The notes beneath the pieces are model-generated. The model ran no database searches. It saw only the letters and a program-made list of their open reading frames with translations, and was not told where the DNA came from. A program made the translations under genes and the position numbers. This document shows positions 19,034 through 28,600 of a stretch of DNA of 64,000 bases, in pieces (the stretch's first letter is position 1; each line of letters begins with the position of its first letter). Origin of the DNA: an uncultured Chloroflexia bacterium. Its GTDB lineage: Bacteria > Chloroflexota > Dehalococcoidia > DSTF01 > WHTK01. Location: positions 1,318,529 through 1,382,528 of the forward strand of contig CAVYAY010000002.1 in the NCBI GenBank assembly GCA_963766645.1, written 5' to 3'.

Positions 19034-20701
19034 CTAGTGAGTCCCCGTTCCGTGTACCTGGGTTGAGGCGGCACGCCGAGCCATGCGGCGGTCCCAGGCG
19101 GGCCGTTCACTGTGGATCTCCGGCAGCTCGTCGAAGTTGTGCTCCGGAGGCGGCGAAGAGGTCATCCACTCCATCGAGTTGCCTTCCCAAGGGTCGTCGC
19201 CGGCCGACTTCGGGTGCGTCGTCAGTGTCTTGATGACGTTGATGATGAATACGAGGATTGAGAGGGCGATGACGAAGGCGCCGATGCTGGCGATGAGGTT
19301 CCATGTCTCCCAGCCGAGACCGCTCTGGTACTCAGCAATGCGGCGGGGCATGCCCTTGAGGCCGAGGATGTGCATCGGCATGAAGGTCATGTTCATTCCG
19401 ATGAGCATGAGCCAGAAGTGAATCATGCCGAGCGTTTCGTCCATCATCTTGCCGGTCATCTTGGGCATCCAGAAGTAGATGCCTGCGAAGACGCCGAAGA
19501 CGGAACCGCCGAAGAGGACGTAGTGGATGTGGCTAACGACCCAGTAGGTGTCGTTGATCGCGTAGTCGATTGGGACGACTGCGTGGAAGACGCCGTCAAC
19601 GCCGCCGATGAGGAACATGAAGAGGAAGCCGATGGCGAACATCATGGGGACGCGCAGGCTGATGCTGCCGCCCCACATGGTGCCGAGCCAGTTGAACATC
19701 TTCACGCCGGAAGGCACCGCGATCATCATCGTGGCGAGCATGGTCCAGACGGTGAGCGGCACGCTAAGGCCGGTGGCGAACATGTGGTGCATCCAGACCG
19801 TGAAGCCGAGGACGCCGATGCCGGCGCCGGCGAAGATGACGGCCTTGTAGCCGAAGAGCGGCTTGCGTGAGAAGACGGGGAGCACTTCAGAGACGATGCC
19901 CATAGCCGGCAGGATCATGATGTAGACGGCCGGGTGACTGTAGAACCAGAACAGCTGCTGATAGAGCAGCGGGTTGCCGCCGAATCGCGGGTCGAAGAAG
20001 TGGGTGCCGATATAGCGGTCGGAGAAGAGCATGGTGAGGACGCCGGCGAGCACGGGCGTGGCGAAGACGACGAGCACGGAGGTGACGACGATCATCCAGA
20101 CGAAGATCGGCATGCGCATCAGCGTCATGCCGGGGGCGCGCATCGTCATCGTGGTGACGAGGAAGTTGATCGCGCCGCCGACGGAGGAGATACCGAGGAT
20201 CTGAACGCCGAGGATCCAGAGGTCGGTGCCGTGGCCGGGGCTGTAGGTGCTGGTGGATACCGGCGGGTACTCCGTCCAGCCAGCAGCTGCGCTACCGCCT
20301 GCGACGAAGAAGGAGCTGAACATGATGACCGCGGCGAGGGGGATGAGCCAGAGGCTAAGTGCGTTGATGCGGGGGTAGGCCATATCCTTGGCGCCGATCA
20401 TCAGCGGCAGCAGGTAGTTGCCGAAGCCAGCGCCGACGGGGATGACGAAGAGGAAGAGCATCGTCGATGCGTGCATCGTGAAGAACTGGTTGTATTTGGC
20501 GTGGGAGAGGAAGGTGTTGTCCGACCATGCGAGCTGGGTGCGGACGAGGAGCGCGAGGATGCCGCCGATGACGAAGAACGACAGCGTGAAGATCAGGTAC
20601 ATGATGCCGATCTTCTTGTGGTCAGTGGTCAGCAGCCACTCGAGGATTACGTTGCGCGACTGCGCTCCGTGTGCTGGTCTTGCGATTGCTTCGGTCGCCA
20701 A
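19034..20701 (-). CDS. ctaD: cytochrome c oxidase subunit I (heme-copper oxidase, A-type)
   Basis: 555 aa, 12+ TM helices. Motifs include FFVIGGILALLVR, WFYSHPAVYIMILP, HHMF and VSHIHYVLFGG. Confidence 0.97.
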   Translation of the reverse strand: MATEAIARPAHGAQSRNVILEWLLTTDHKKIGIMYLIFTLSFFVIGGILALLVRTQLAWSDNTFLSHAKYNQFFTMHASTMLFLFVIPVGAGFGNYLLPLMIGAKDMAYPRINALSLWLIPLAAVIMFSSFFVAGGSAAAGWTEYPPVSTSTYSPGHGTDLWILGVQILGISSVGGAINFLVTTMTMRAPGMTLMRMPIFVWMIVVTSVLVVFATPVLAGVLTMLFSDRYIGTHFFDPRFGGNPLLYQQLFWFYSHPAVYIMILPAMGIVSEVLPVFSRKPLFGYKAVIFAGAGIGVLGFTVWMHHMFATGLSVPLTVWTMLATMMIAVPSGVKMFNWLGTMWGGSISLRVPMMFAIGFLFMFLIGGVDGVFHAVVPIDYAINDTYWVVSHIHYVLFGGSVFGVFAGIYFWMPKMTGKMMDETLGMIHFWLMLIGMNMTFMPMHILGLKGMPRRIAEYQSGLGWETWNLIASIGAFVIALSILVFIINVIKTLTTHPKSAGDDPWEGNSMEWMTSSPPPEHNFDELPEIHSERPAWDRRMARRAASTQVHGTGTH

Positions 20702-20730
20702 GTTACCTCACCCCCCGGTGGGCCCGCGTA

Positions 20731-21333
20731 CTAGTACGACAGGTAGAGAATCGATAGCACGAACACCCAGACAACATCGACGAAGTGCCAGTAAAGCACC
20801 GCCGCGTCGGCGAAGAGGTGACGTGTCGGTGTGAAGTCGTTCCAGAAGGCGCGCAGGAGGACCACAAAGAGCATTGCGAGTCCGACGATGACGTGTGAGC
20901 CGTGGAAGCCGGTTATCAGGAAGAAGGTTGCGCCGTAAGTGCCGGAGCTGGCGTTGAGACCTTCGTCCATAAGGTTGAGCCACTCGTAAATCTGACCGCC
21001 AATGAAGATGCCGCCGAGGACCAGGGTGAGGACGAGACCCAGCTTGAAGAGCTGACGGTTGCCCTTCTTCAGAGAGATTATGGCGGCGTGGGCCGTGACG
21101 CTGCTTGAAACCAAGAAGACGGTGAGGATGACGCCGAAGGTCTTGTCGACGGTGTGCTCAATGTCGTGAGGCGGCCAGCCGATAGCCTGGTTGCGGACGA
21201 AGAAGTAGCCGGCGAACATGCCGCCGAAGAGCATGATCTCCGAGGCGATGAAGAGGACCATTCCCGCCATGCCGCGGCTCATGCCTTCGGAGGCGTGGGC
21301 GTGAGCCGGCGCGGCAGCGGCTTGAATCGCCAT
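20731..21333 (-). CDS. ctaE: cytochrome c oxidase subunit III
   Basis: 200 aa. FFLITGFHGSHVIVG and YWHFVDVVWVFV are canonical subunit III motifs. Confidence 0.93.
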   Translation of the reverse strand: MAIQAAAAPAHAHASEGMSRGMAGMVLFIASEIMLFGGMFAGYFFVRNQAIGWPPHDIEHTVDKTFGVILTVFLVSSSVTAHAAIISLKKGNRQLFKLGLVLTLVLGGIFIGGQIYEWLNLMDEGLNASSGTYGATFFLITGFHGSHVIVGLAMLFVVLLRAFWNDFTPTRHLFADAAVLYWHFVDVVWVFVLSILYLSY

Positions 21334-21335
21334 TG

Positions 21336-22151
21336 CTAGTTGCCCTCCCTGGAGGCTGTCTGCTGTGGCTTAACGCCCTGCGCTGCCTGGGTTTCCGATA
21401 GCCATGCCTCATAGTCCGCCTCGGAGCGCGCGTCGATAACGAACTCCATGTTGGCGTGGCGCAGGCCGCAGAACTGGTAGCACTGGCCGTGGTAGACGCC
21501 TTCTTCCTCGATGACCATGTGCATCTCGTTGATCATGCCGGGTATGGCCTGAATCTTGTACAGGGTATTCGGCGCGGAGAAGCTATGGACGACGTCGGTC
21601 GAGCGAACCTTTACGACGATGGTTTTGCCCACCGGCACGACGAGCGCGGGCGGCGTGAAATCGTCGTAGTTCGGGGGCGTCGCCTGCACCGTGACTCCGC
21701 CGTCGGGATAGATGAACTCCCACCACCACTGGTGGCCGACGGCTTCGACTGTAAGGTCGACGTCCGCGGGATCGGGCGGCGTTTTGAGGTCCAGCAGAAG
21801 GACGAGCGCAGGAACAAACAACGCAACCAGGATGATGATCGGGATGATCGTCCAAGTGAACTCGAGGACGCTGGAGCCGTGAACCTGCTCCGGGATGGTG
21901 TCGTCAACGCGGCGGTAGCGAAGCATGGCCCAGATGATGCCGGCGGTGACGATGAAGAAGACGAGGAAGGAGACCGCAAGCACCGCCTCGTAAAGGAGGT
22001 TGACGTCCTTACCTGTCTCGGTGACGGCGTGAGGGAGCTGGAATACCGTGACCGCACCGACAATGGTGACGATGGCGAGGATAAGAATGAGCGTAGCCGC
22101 GATAATAATCGAGACTGGCGGCCTGCGGCGGCCCGCAGGGTCTTGAGTCAT
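21336..22151 (-). CDS. ctaC: cytochrome c oxidase subunit II (CuA domain, no fused cytochrome c)
   Basis: Two TM helices and HQWWWEF. CuA ligands are VVHSF ... CYQFCGLRHANM. The protein ends about 40 aa after the CuA site with no CxxCH. The start is taken at MTQDP. Confidence 0.93.
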   Translation of the reverse strand: MTQDPAGRRRPPVSIIIAATLILILAIVTIVGAVTVFQLPHAVTETGKDVNLLYEAVLAVSFLVFFIVTAGIIWAMLRYRRVDDTIPEQVHGSSVLEFTWTIIPIIILVALFVPALVLLLDLKTPPDPADVDLTVEAVGHQWWWEFIYPDGGVTVQATPPNYDDFTPPALVVPVGKTIVVKVRSTDVVHSFSAPNTLYKIQAIPGMINEMHMVIEEEGVYHGQCYQFCGLRHANMEFVIDARSEADYEAWLSETQAAQGVKPQQTASREGN

Positions 22152-22372
22152 TCGGATCCCTCCCCCGACGCCCGCCTGCCAAGACGGGCCGGGCTTTCGC
22201 AGCATAGGTTTGGCTTCGAGTTTGTGTCAAGCGTCACGATGGGGCGTTTTAGATTCGTTTTGGCGCGTGGACGACGCCTGGCGTGGGGCGCCTCCTGGGT
22301 ATTGCGGCGCTGGAGTATTCCTTTCGTGGGCGTTACATTTGCCGCATTCAGGAAAGCTCGGAGGATTAGAGG

Positions 22373-22948
22373 TTGCGTTATCTGCTTGTGGCCGCACTCG
22401 GGCTGAGCCTGGCCCTTGGTATCGCCTGCAGTGGTGACGATGATGGATCGTCTGTCGGCGGCAGTGGCGGCTCTTCGGCCGCTCCTACCGAAACGTCCGG
22501 CGGGGCCCCCTCGGGTGGCGGAGCGACGCTGCAGGACGCCTGCACGCTGCTGAGCGAGGCGCAGGTAAACACGGCGTTGGGGGACGATCAGGTTGCGATG
22601 ACGAACAGCCAACCGGCGACGCAGGCTGAATCGACATGCCAGTGGGAGGGCTCCAAGACGGGGAATCGGTACCTGCATCTGACGCTGCGGACGGCCCAGA
22701 ACGCGGCGTCGGTCTTCGAGAACGACTACCGTTCGGCGGACGGCGCTGTGAGCGTGCCGGGTATCGGTGACGAAGCGTTCGCTCTGCCCGGCCAGGACAC
22801 ACCGAACAACTACCGGTTTCTGACGATGGCGGCGCTGACGAGCAGCCTTTACATCCAGATAAACATCGCCGGGCCAAACCGGCCGGACGAGGCGGCGCTA
22901 TCGACGCTGACGACGGTGATGGAGCAGGTGGTATCGAATCTGCAGTAG
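22373..22948 (+). CDS. secreted lipoprotein (DUF3558-like)
   Basis: Lipobox LALGIAC and a Gly/Ser linker. It has conserved Cys pairs (DACTLL ... STCQWEG) and GDEAF, as in actinobacterial DUF3558 lipoproteins. TTG start after GGAGG. Confidence 0.5.
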   Translation: MRYLLVAALGLSLALGIACSGDDDGSSVGGSGGSSAAPTETSGGAPSGGGATLQDACTLLSEAQVNTALGDDQVAMTNSQPATQAESTCQWEGSKTGNRYLHLTLRTAQNAASVFENDYRSADGAVSVPGIGDEAFALPGQDTPNNYRFLTMAALTSSLYIQINIAGPNRPDEAALSTLTTVMEQVVSNLQ

Positions 22949-23007
22949 CGCCCGTCTGGATTGACTTGCCGCGCGGCGAATTCCTATAGTTGACGCCTGT
23001 CCCACGT

Positions 23008-23083
23008 GCCAAGGTAGCTCAGTCGGTAGAGCACAGCTCTGAAAAAGCTGGGGTCGCCGGTTCAAGTCCGGCCCTTGGCACCA
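23008..23083 (+). tRNA. tRNA-Phe (GAA)
   Basis: Cloverleaf GCCAAGG/CCTTGGC acceptor, anticodon stem CAGCT/AGCTG with loop CTGAAAA, T-arm GCCGG-TTCAAGT-CCGGC, encoded CCA. Confidence 0.95.
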
Positions 23084-23105
23084 CCTTCCTTTTAAGCCTA
23101 CGTGC

Positions 23106-23603
23106 CTAGCGATTCGTGCCGACGTAGTTGCCGACGTCCTTCCAAACCAGCGCAGCGCCCGAATGACCGGCGACGACCATGGTTGCTATCGCGATGACCC
23201 CGAGGACGGACGAAGCAGCGTAAGTGGCGACGGGAGTCCACTCCGGTAGCTTGAATCGCTCGCGCCAGGTCTCCAGGACCCAGAGGCCGCTGGCCGCCAT
23301 GGCAAAGAGAAAGGCGAATAATCGGGCCGCGTCGCCCTGCTCTGGATGGTCGCCGAAACCCACCCGGACACCTGCTGCCTGCCTGATGGTCCCTTCCATA
23401 GTCTCACCCGTCGAAGAGGCGACGATCGCGGCCCCGGCGCCAGCGAGGGCCAGGATGGCGATAGGCAGCGCGTATTGATGCCGCCAATCAGTTCTCCAGC
23501 CCAAGACGATGAGCGCCACGGCGGCGAGCGGCACCAGCACCACGGCTACATGTACCACCAGCGGATGTAGCGGTAACCCAAAGATCGTATCAACACCCAG
23601 CAC
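23106..23603 (-). CDS. DUF2231 membrane protein
   Basis: GLPLHPLVVHVAVVLVPL at the N-terminus, 4 TM helices and C-terminal VAGHSGAALVW. Confidence 0.65.
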   Translation of the reverse strand: MLGVDTIFGLPLHPLVVHVAVVLVPLAAVALIVLGWRTDWRHQYALPIAILALAGAGAAIVASSTGETMEGTIRQAAGVRVGFGDHPEQGDAARLFAFLFAMAASGLWVLETWRERFKLPEWTPVATYAASSVLGVIAIATMVVAGHSGAALVWKDVGNYVGTNR

Positions 23604-23773
23604 GTTTCACTCCAAACTCTGCATTCTGCGGTCCAAACCGGCCTCGATGATTACTCTGACCGCGCTTTTGCGTGTGAAACAAGGGTAAAAGGTCGGCGAA
23701 TTCTCTGCCTAAGGACACCCGCGGTCAGGCGCGGCTCGATCTCAGCGCCGGGTTCGGTTGAGCAAGCTATGCG

Positions 23774-23782
23774 TGATAGAAT
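23774..23782 (+). promoter_or_regulatory. extended -10 promoter candidate (TGATAGAAT) for the PAC2 gene
   Basis: TGn-TAGAAT lies about 50 nt upstream of ATG 23831. No good -35 element was seen. Confidence 0.3.
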
Positions 23783-23830
23783 CCAACCAAGTCTAAGTGG
23801 CCAGGACGCCTTGGATTGGAGGCCACCCGT

Positions 23831-24715
23831 ATGACCCATCTCCGTATCCTGCAGACGCCTGAGTTGAAAGAGCCAACTCTGATTGTCGCCTTCGCCGGTT
23901 GGTCCGACGCCGGGGGAGCCGCGAGCGGTGCCGCTCAGTATCTGATTGACCGCTGGCACGCCACGCGGATAGCGGAGTTTGAGGCTGAGGAGTTCTATGA
24001 CTTCTCGCAGCTGCGGCCCACCGTGCGATACGAGGGCGAGCAGCGGGTCATCGAATGGCCGGACAACGCGTTCTTCCACCATCAGGCCGGGGAGCAGGAT
24101 CTGATCATCTTTAACGGCATCGAACCGCACCTGCGCTGGAAGGCGTACACGGCTTCGATGATGGAGGTGATCGAGAAGTTCGACATCAAGCTGGTGATTT
24201 CGCTCGGCGCCCTGTTCGTTGATTACCCGCACACGCGGCCGATGAGGGTCACGGGGACGGCGCCGGACGCCGAGATGCTGGAGCGTGCCGGAATCTACAC
24301 CCGCGGCGGCCGTTACGAGGGGCCAACGGGTATCAACGGCGTCTTCAACGCGTCGCTGCGGGAGAAGACGGTGCAGAACGGCAGCATCTGGGCCAACGTG
24401 CCGCACTACGTCTCGGCATCACCGAACCCGCCGGCCACGCTGGCGCTACTGAAGTCGCTGAGCGCGATGCTGTCGCTGGAGGTGCCGTTGGGCCGCATGG
24501 TGCGCGCCTCTGCCGCCTTCGACGCACAGCTCAACGAGGCGACGTCACGCAACACCGAGGTGTCCGACTACGTGAAATCTCTGGAAGAGCGCATCGACTC
24601 CGAGGGCTTCGACGACGATGAGGACTACGAGGTCGTCGAAGAGGAGCTGCCGGCGACAGAGAGCATCGTCCAGGACATCGAGGACTTCCTGCGGGGTTCT
24701 GCGAAGGACGAGTAG
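23831..24715 (+). CDS. PAC2 (proteasome assembly chaperone 2-like) family protein
   Basis: PTLIVAFAGWSDAGGAAS, LIIFNGIEPHLRW, YEGPTGINGV, WANVPHYV and an acidic C-terminal tail give the pattern of bacterial PAC2/COG2047 proteins. Confidence 0.7.
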   Translation: MTHLRILQTPELKEPTLIVAFAGWSDAGGAASGAAQYLIDRWHATRIAEFEAEEFYDFSQLRPTVRYEGEQRVIEWPDNAFFHHQAGEQDLIIFNGIEPHLRWKAYTASMMEVIEKFDIKLVISLGALFVDYPHTRPMRVTGTAPDAEMLERAGIYTRGGRYEGPTGINGVFNASLREKTVQNGSIWANVPHYVSASPNPPATLALLKSLSAMLSLEVPLGRMVRASAAFDAQLNEATSRNTEVSDYVKSLEERIDSEGFDDDEDYEVVEEELPATESIVQDIEDFLRGSAKDE

Positions 24716-24890
24716 CCGGGCCTCAGGGCTGAGCTTCAGGCCCGCGCTCGAAAGTCACGCTTCACCTCTCCTCTCGCTTTATAAGTGCTGTTAAGGCGGA
24801 AGTATTTTCTGGGCCGTGGGTGCGGTAGCCTAGAAGCAACACTTGCGCGCTGTTCACGGCTCGACGCCGTTCTGATCCCCGGAGCTACAC

Positions 24891-25637
24891 ATGAATCCGT
24901 CCGAAGACTCCGCCAGCCCGTTCGCCGTTGAGGCGGTGAACGTGGTCAAGACGTACCAGACCGACGACGTCGAGGTGCATGCGCTTCGCGGCGTGTCGCT
25001 GCAGGTGCCGAAGGGCGAGATGGTCGCGATCATGGGACCGTCCGGTTGCGGCAAAACGACGCTGCTCAACTGCCTGAGCGGGCTCGATGCGATTGACGAC
25101 GGGATCGTCAGGGTAGACGGCGTCGACATCAACACGCTCTCGGATGACGACAAGAGTCACTATCGTGCGCAGCGAATGGGCTTCGTGTTCCAGTTCTACA
25201 ACCTGCTGCCGGTGCTCAGCTCCGCGGAAAACGTAGAGATGCCGCTGCTGGTCAGCGGCGTCCCGGCCAAAGAGGCCCGCGAGCGCGCCTTACACTCGCT
25301 GAGCCTGGTCCATCTCGAGGAGTGGGCGGGGCATAAGCCGGCGCAGCTCTCCGGGGGCCAGCGGCAGCGCGTAACGATCGCGCGGGCGCTGGTCAACGAC
25401 CCCGCTATCGTCTGGGCCGACGAACCGACGGGCGACCTCGACTCGAAGAACGCGGACGAGATCATGGAGCTGATCGTCGGGCTGAATGAGCGCAACCAGC
25501 AGACCTTCGTCATCGTGACGCACGACCTCCACATCGCCCAGTCGACGCACCGAATTGTCAACATGCTGGACGGTCAGATCATCGAAGAGATGCAGACCGA
25601 ACGCGGCCGCGTCCTCGCCAAGGGCGCCGCGAAATGA
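24891..25637 (+). CDS. ABC transporter ATP-binding protein (MacB/LolD-type)
   Basis: Walker A GPSGCGKTT, Q-loop, signature LSGGQRQRV, Walker B AIVWADEPTGDLD, H-loop VTHD. Confidence 0.93.
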   Translation: MNPSEDSASPFAVEAVNVVKTYQTDDVEVHALRGVSLQVPKGEMVAIMGPSGCGKTTLLNCLSGLDAIDDGIVRVDGVDINTLSDDDKSHYRAQRMGFVFQFYNLLPVLSSAENVEMPLLVSGVPAKEARERALHSLSLVHLEEWAGHKPAQLSGGQRQRVTIARALVNDPAIVWADEPTGDLDSKNADEIMELIVGLNERNQQTFVIVTHDLHIAQSTHRIVNMLDGQIIEEMQTERGRVLAKGAAK

Positions 25638-25681
25638 AGGCTCAGAAGATCGGCAGAAACGTAAGCGGGAGATGAAGCAGC

Positions 25682-28600
25682 GTGGATAACCTGTTTGGCG
25701 TACCGCTCAGCAGCTTTCTGATCGCGCTGACGCTGCTCGTAATCCTGATCGGCGGCGTGCTGGTCTGGATCTGGTGGCGCAATCCGCTGCTGGTGCGTAT
25801 GGGATTGCGCAACGTTGTGCGGCGCAAGACTCAAACGACGTTAATCGTGATCGGGATGATGCTGGCGACACTGATTGTCAGTGCGGCATTCGCGACCGGT
25901 GACACGGTCGGATACTCGGTGACCAATCAGATTTACAACGACCTGCAGGGGGCGGACGTCGTCCTGGCCTTCGACAGGAACGCGGCGACGACGGGTGTTA
26001 CCGAGCTTTCCGACGCGGACGTGGCAGGGCTGCGCCAGGCGCTGCGTGACGATCCGGACGTCGAAGGCGTCAGCGGCGTGGTGCAGACTCGCGTGCCGGC
26101 GATCAACACGGAGGACAAGCGAGCCGAGCCGCTCGCGACGCTGGCCGGTGTCGACCCCGATTCGGTGGACGTGCTGGGCGGCCTGACCGCTTTGAACGGC
26201 CAACAGCTTTCGGCCACAGGCCTGGCGGACAACCGCGTCTACATCACGAAAAGGCTGAGCGAGGAAATCGACAGGGGACCAGGCGACAGTCTGACGATCT
26301 ACTACGCCAACAAACCGGTTGAACTGGTGGTGACGGATGTTGTGCGGGACAACGCGATGACCAGCTCTAACGAAGGACAGGACTCGTTTTCCAGTACGAC
26401 CGGCGGCATCGTCACTTCGCTGGAGCAGTGGCGCGCGATCACAGGCGACGAAACGCGGATCGACCTGATCGCCGTTTCGGCGGTGGGTGGCGTGCGCGAC
26501 TCGCTGAGCCGGGTCGATGGGGTTGAGAAGACCGTCCAGGATTACATCGACGCGTCCGGCGCGCCGATGGAAGTGATCCTGACGAAGCAGGATCTGGTCG
26601 ACCTCGCCGAGCTGATCGGCTCGATCTTCGTCACGTTTTTCGTGGTCTTTGGCCTGTTTTCGATCGCAGCGGGCGTGATGCTGATCTTCCTGATGTTCAT
26701 CATGCTGGCGGCGGAGCGCCGCTCCGAGATGGGCATGGCGCGCGCCGTTGGCATGAAGCGGATGCACCTCACGGAGTCGTTCGTGGCGGAGGGGATGGCC
26801 TACAACATCGGCTCGGCGATGGTGGGAGCGCTGCTGGGGCTGGCAGTTGCCGGGCTGCTGATCTGGATCATGGCTCAGATATTCAGTGATTTCGGCCTTG
26901 GGATTACATTCCATTTCAATCCGCAAGGATTCGTAATCGCATACTTCCTGGGCCTTGTGATCACGTTCATCACGGTGGCGTTTTCCTCGTGGCGCGCCGC
27001 AAACCTGAACATCGTCGAGGCGATCCGGGACCTGCCGGACCAGGCGAGGCTGAGCCCCAAGGAGGGATCGCTGCGAAAATTGTTGCCGGCCACGGTGGCC
27101 GTCGTCTGGACGCTGGCCTGGATCGCGATGGTCGTCATCTGGGGCGTTGCGGCCTTCCTTTTCTTCACGCTCGGGTTGACGACATACGGCGCCGGCATGA
27201 TCGGCGGCGGACTGTTGGCAGGCGCCTATGTCTGGGGCGTGACGCGCGTTAACCGGCAGTGGGGCGCCCTCAGCATGCGGGGCCGCATCGGCTACGTGCT
27301 GTGGTGGGTGGGCTTCAGCGCGATGGCATTCGTGACGTGGCTGCTATTCCGCACGCGTCGTTGGGCCGGGGAACATCGCAACATGGGCGGCTGGGCGGTG
27401 TGGGCGCTGATGATCGGCGCGGTGGCGACGTGGTGGGGCGGCTGGCCCGGTAATATGGCGTTCGCCTACACGGCGGGCACGACGTTATTCATATTTGCCA
27501 TCGCGATGCTCGCGGTCTACTTCGGCGCCAACGCGCGGCGGGCGTTCACGATCGCCAGCCTGCTGATCCTGTGGTACTGGCTGCTACCACTGCCATTCAG
27601 CTTCTTTGTCGATGATGCGTCCAACTATAGCGACCCGCTGCTTCAGCTGGCGAAACTCCTCGGCGTGGCGCCTGCCGACGAGGTCGTGGGCGACATCGAG
27701 ATGTTCTTCGTGTCTGGCATCGCTATGACCTCCGCGGCGACGCTGTTCGTGATCTTCAACGCGGACCGGCTGCTGAGCGCCGTCAACGCGCTAACACGGT
27801 TGCTTGGAGGTATCACGCCCGCGATGCGGATGGCGATTTCCTACCCGCTGGCCTCAAAGTTTCGCACCGGAATGACGCTGGCGATGTTCACGCTCGTGGT
27901 CTTCAGCCTGGTGGTGATGGCGACGCTGAATTCCAACTTTACGCAGCTGTTCCTGGGCCAGGATGCGAAGGGTGGTTTCGACGTGCGAGTCTTCGCGAGT
28001 TCGTCAAACCGGATCCCGGACCTGGGCGCGGCGCTGCAGGATACGGGGTACGACGTCGGAGCCAACATTACGGGTATCGGCACGCTGCTGACGGATGACC
28101 CTCAGGTGAAGGTCACCGGATCGGATGAGGATTTCGCAACCTACCCGGTCCAGGGCATGGACAAGGAGTTTGTCGACCTGGCTCGTTTCCCGTTGACGAC
28201 GCGGGCGATCGGGTACGAATCGGACGCGGCCGTGTTCGAGGCGCTGCTGAACGACCCGACGCTGGCGATCGTCGACGAATCGAGGACCGCACCGGCGGGC
28301 GGCTTTGGCGGGGACAACAACGACTTCCGCCTGGGGCCGAGCACGGAAGAGCTGCGCAAGACGCCATGGGAGCCGATCCCGGTGACGGTGCGGGACGCTA
28401 AGACGGGCAAAGAGGTCGAGCTGCGTGTTATCGGGGTGCTGGAGCCGCAGGTAACATCCGTGACGTTCGCCTGGGCGGCGTTGTTTACGCAGCGTTCGGT
28501 CGTGGAGGATTATCTGGGCGGCGGAGAGATGGAGAGCTTCTACCTGACGACACGCGACCCGTCGAAGAAGGCGACGGTTGAAGTGGCTTCGAGCATCGAG

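Noticed and set aside
19934-20734. 266-aa plus-strand ORF opposite coxI. Similar long antisense or alternative-frame ORFs include 21456-22406, 25841-26926, 32074-33639, 34525-35523, 37663-38385, 39247-40107, 41431-42657 and 60202-60771.
   Set aside because: All lie entirely inside confidently identified genes on the other strand or frame. Their products are Arg/Gly/Asp/His/Ala-rich low-complexity strings without motifs. These are typical stop-poor shadow ORFs of about 65% GC DNA.
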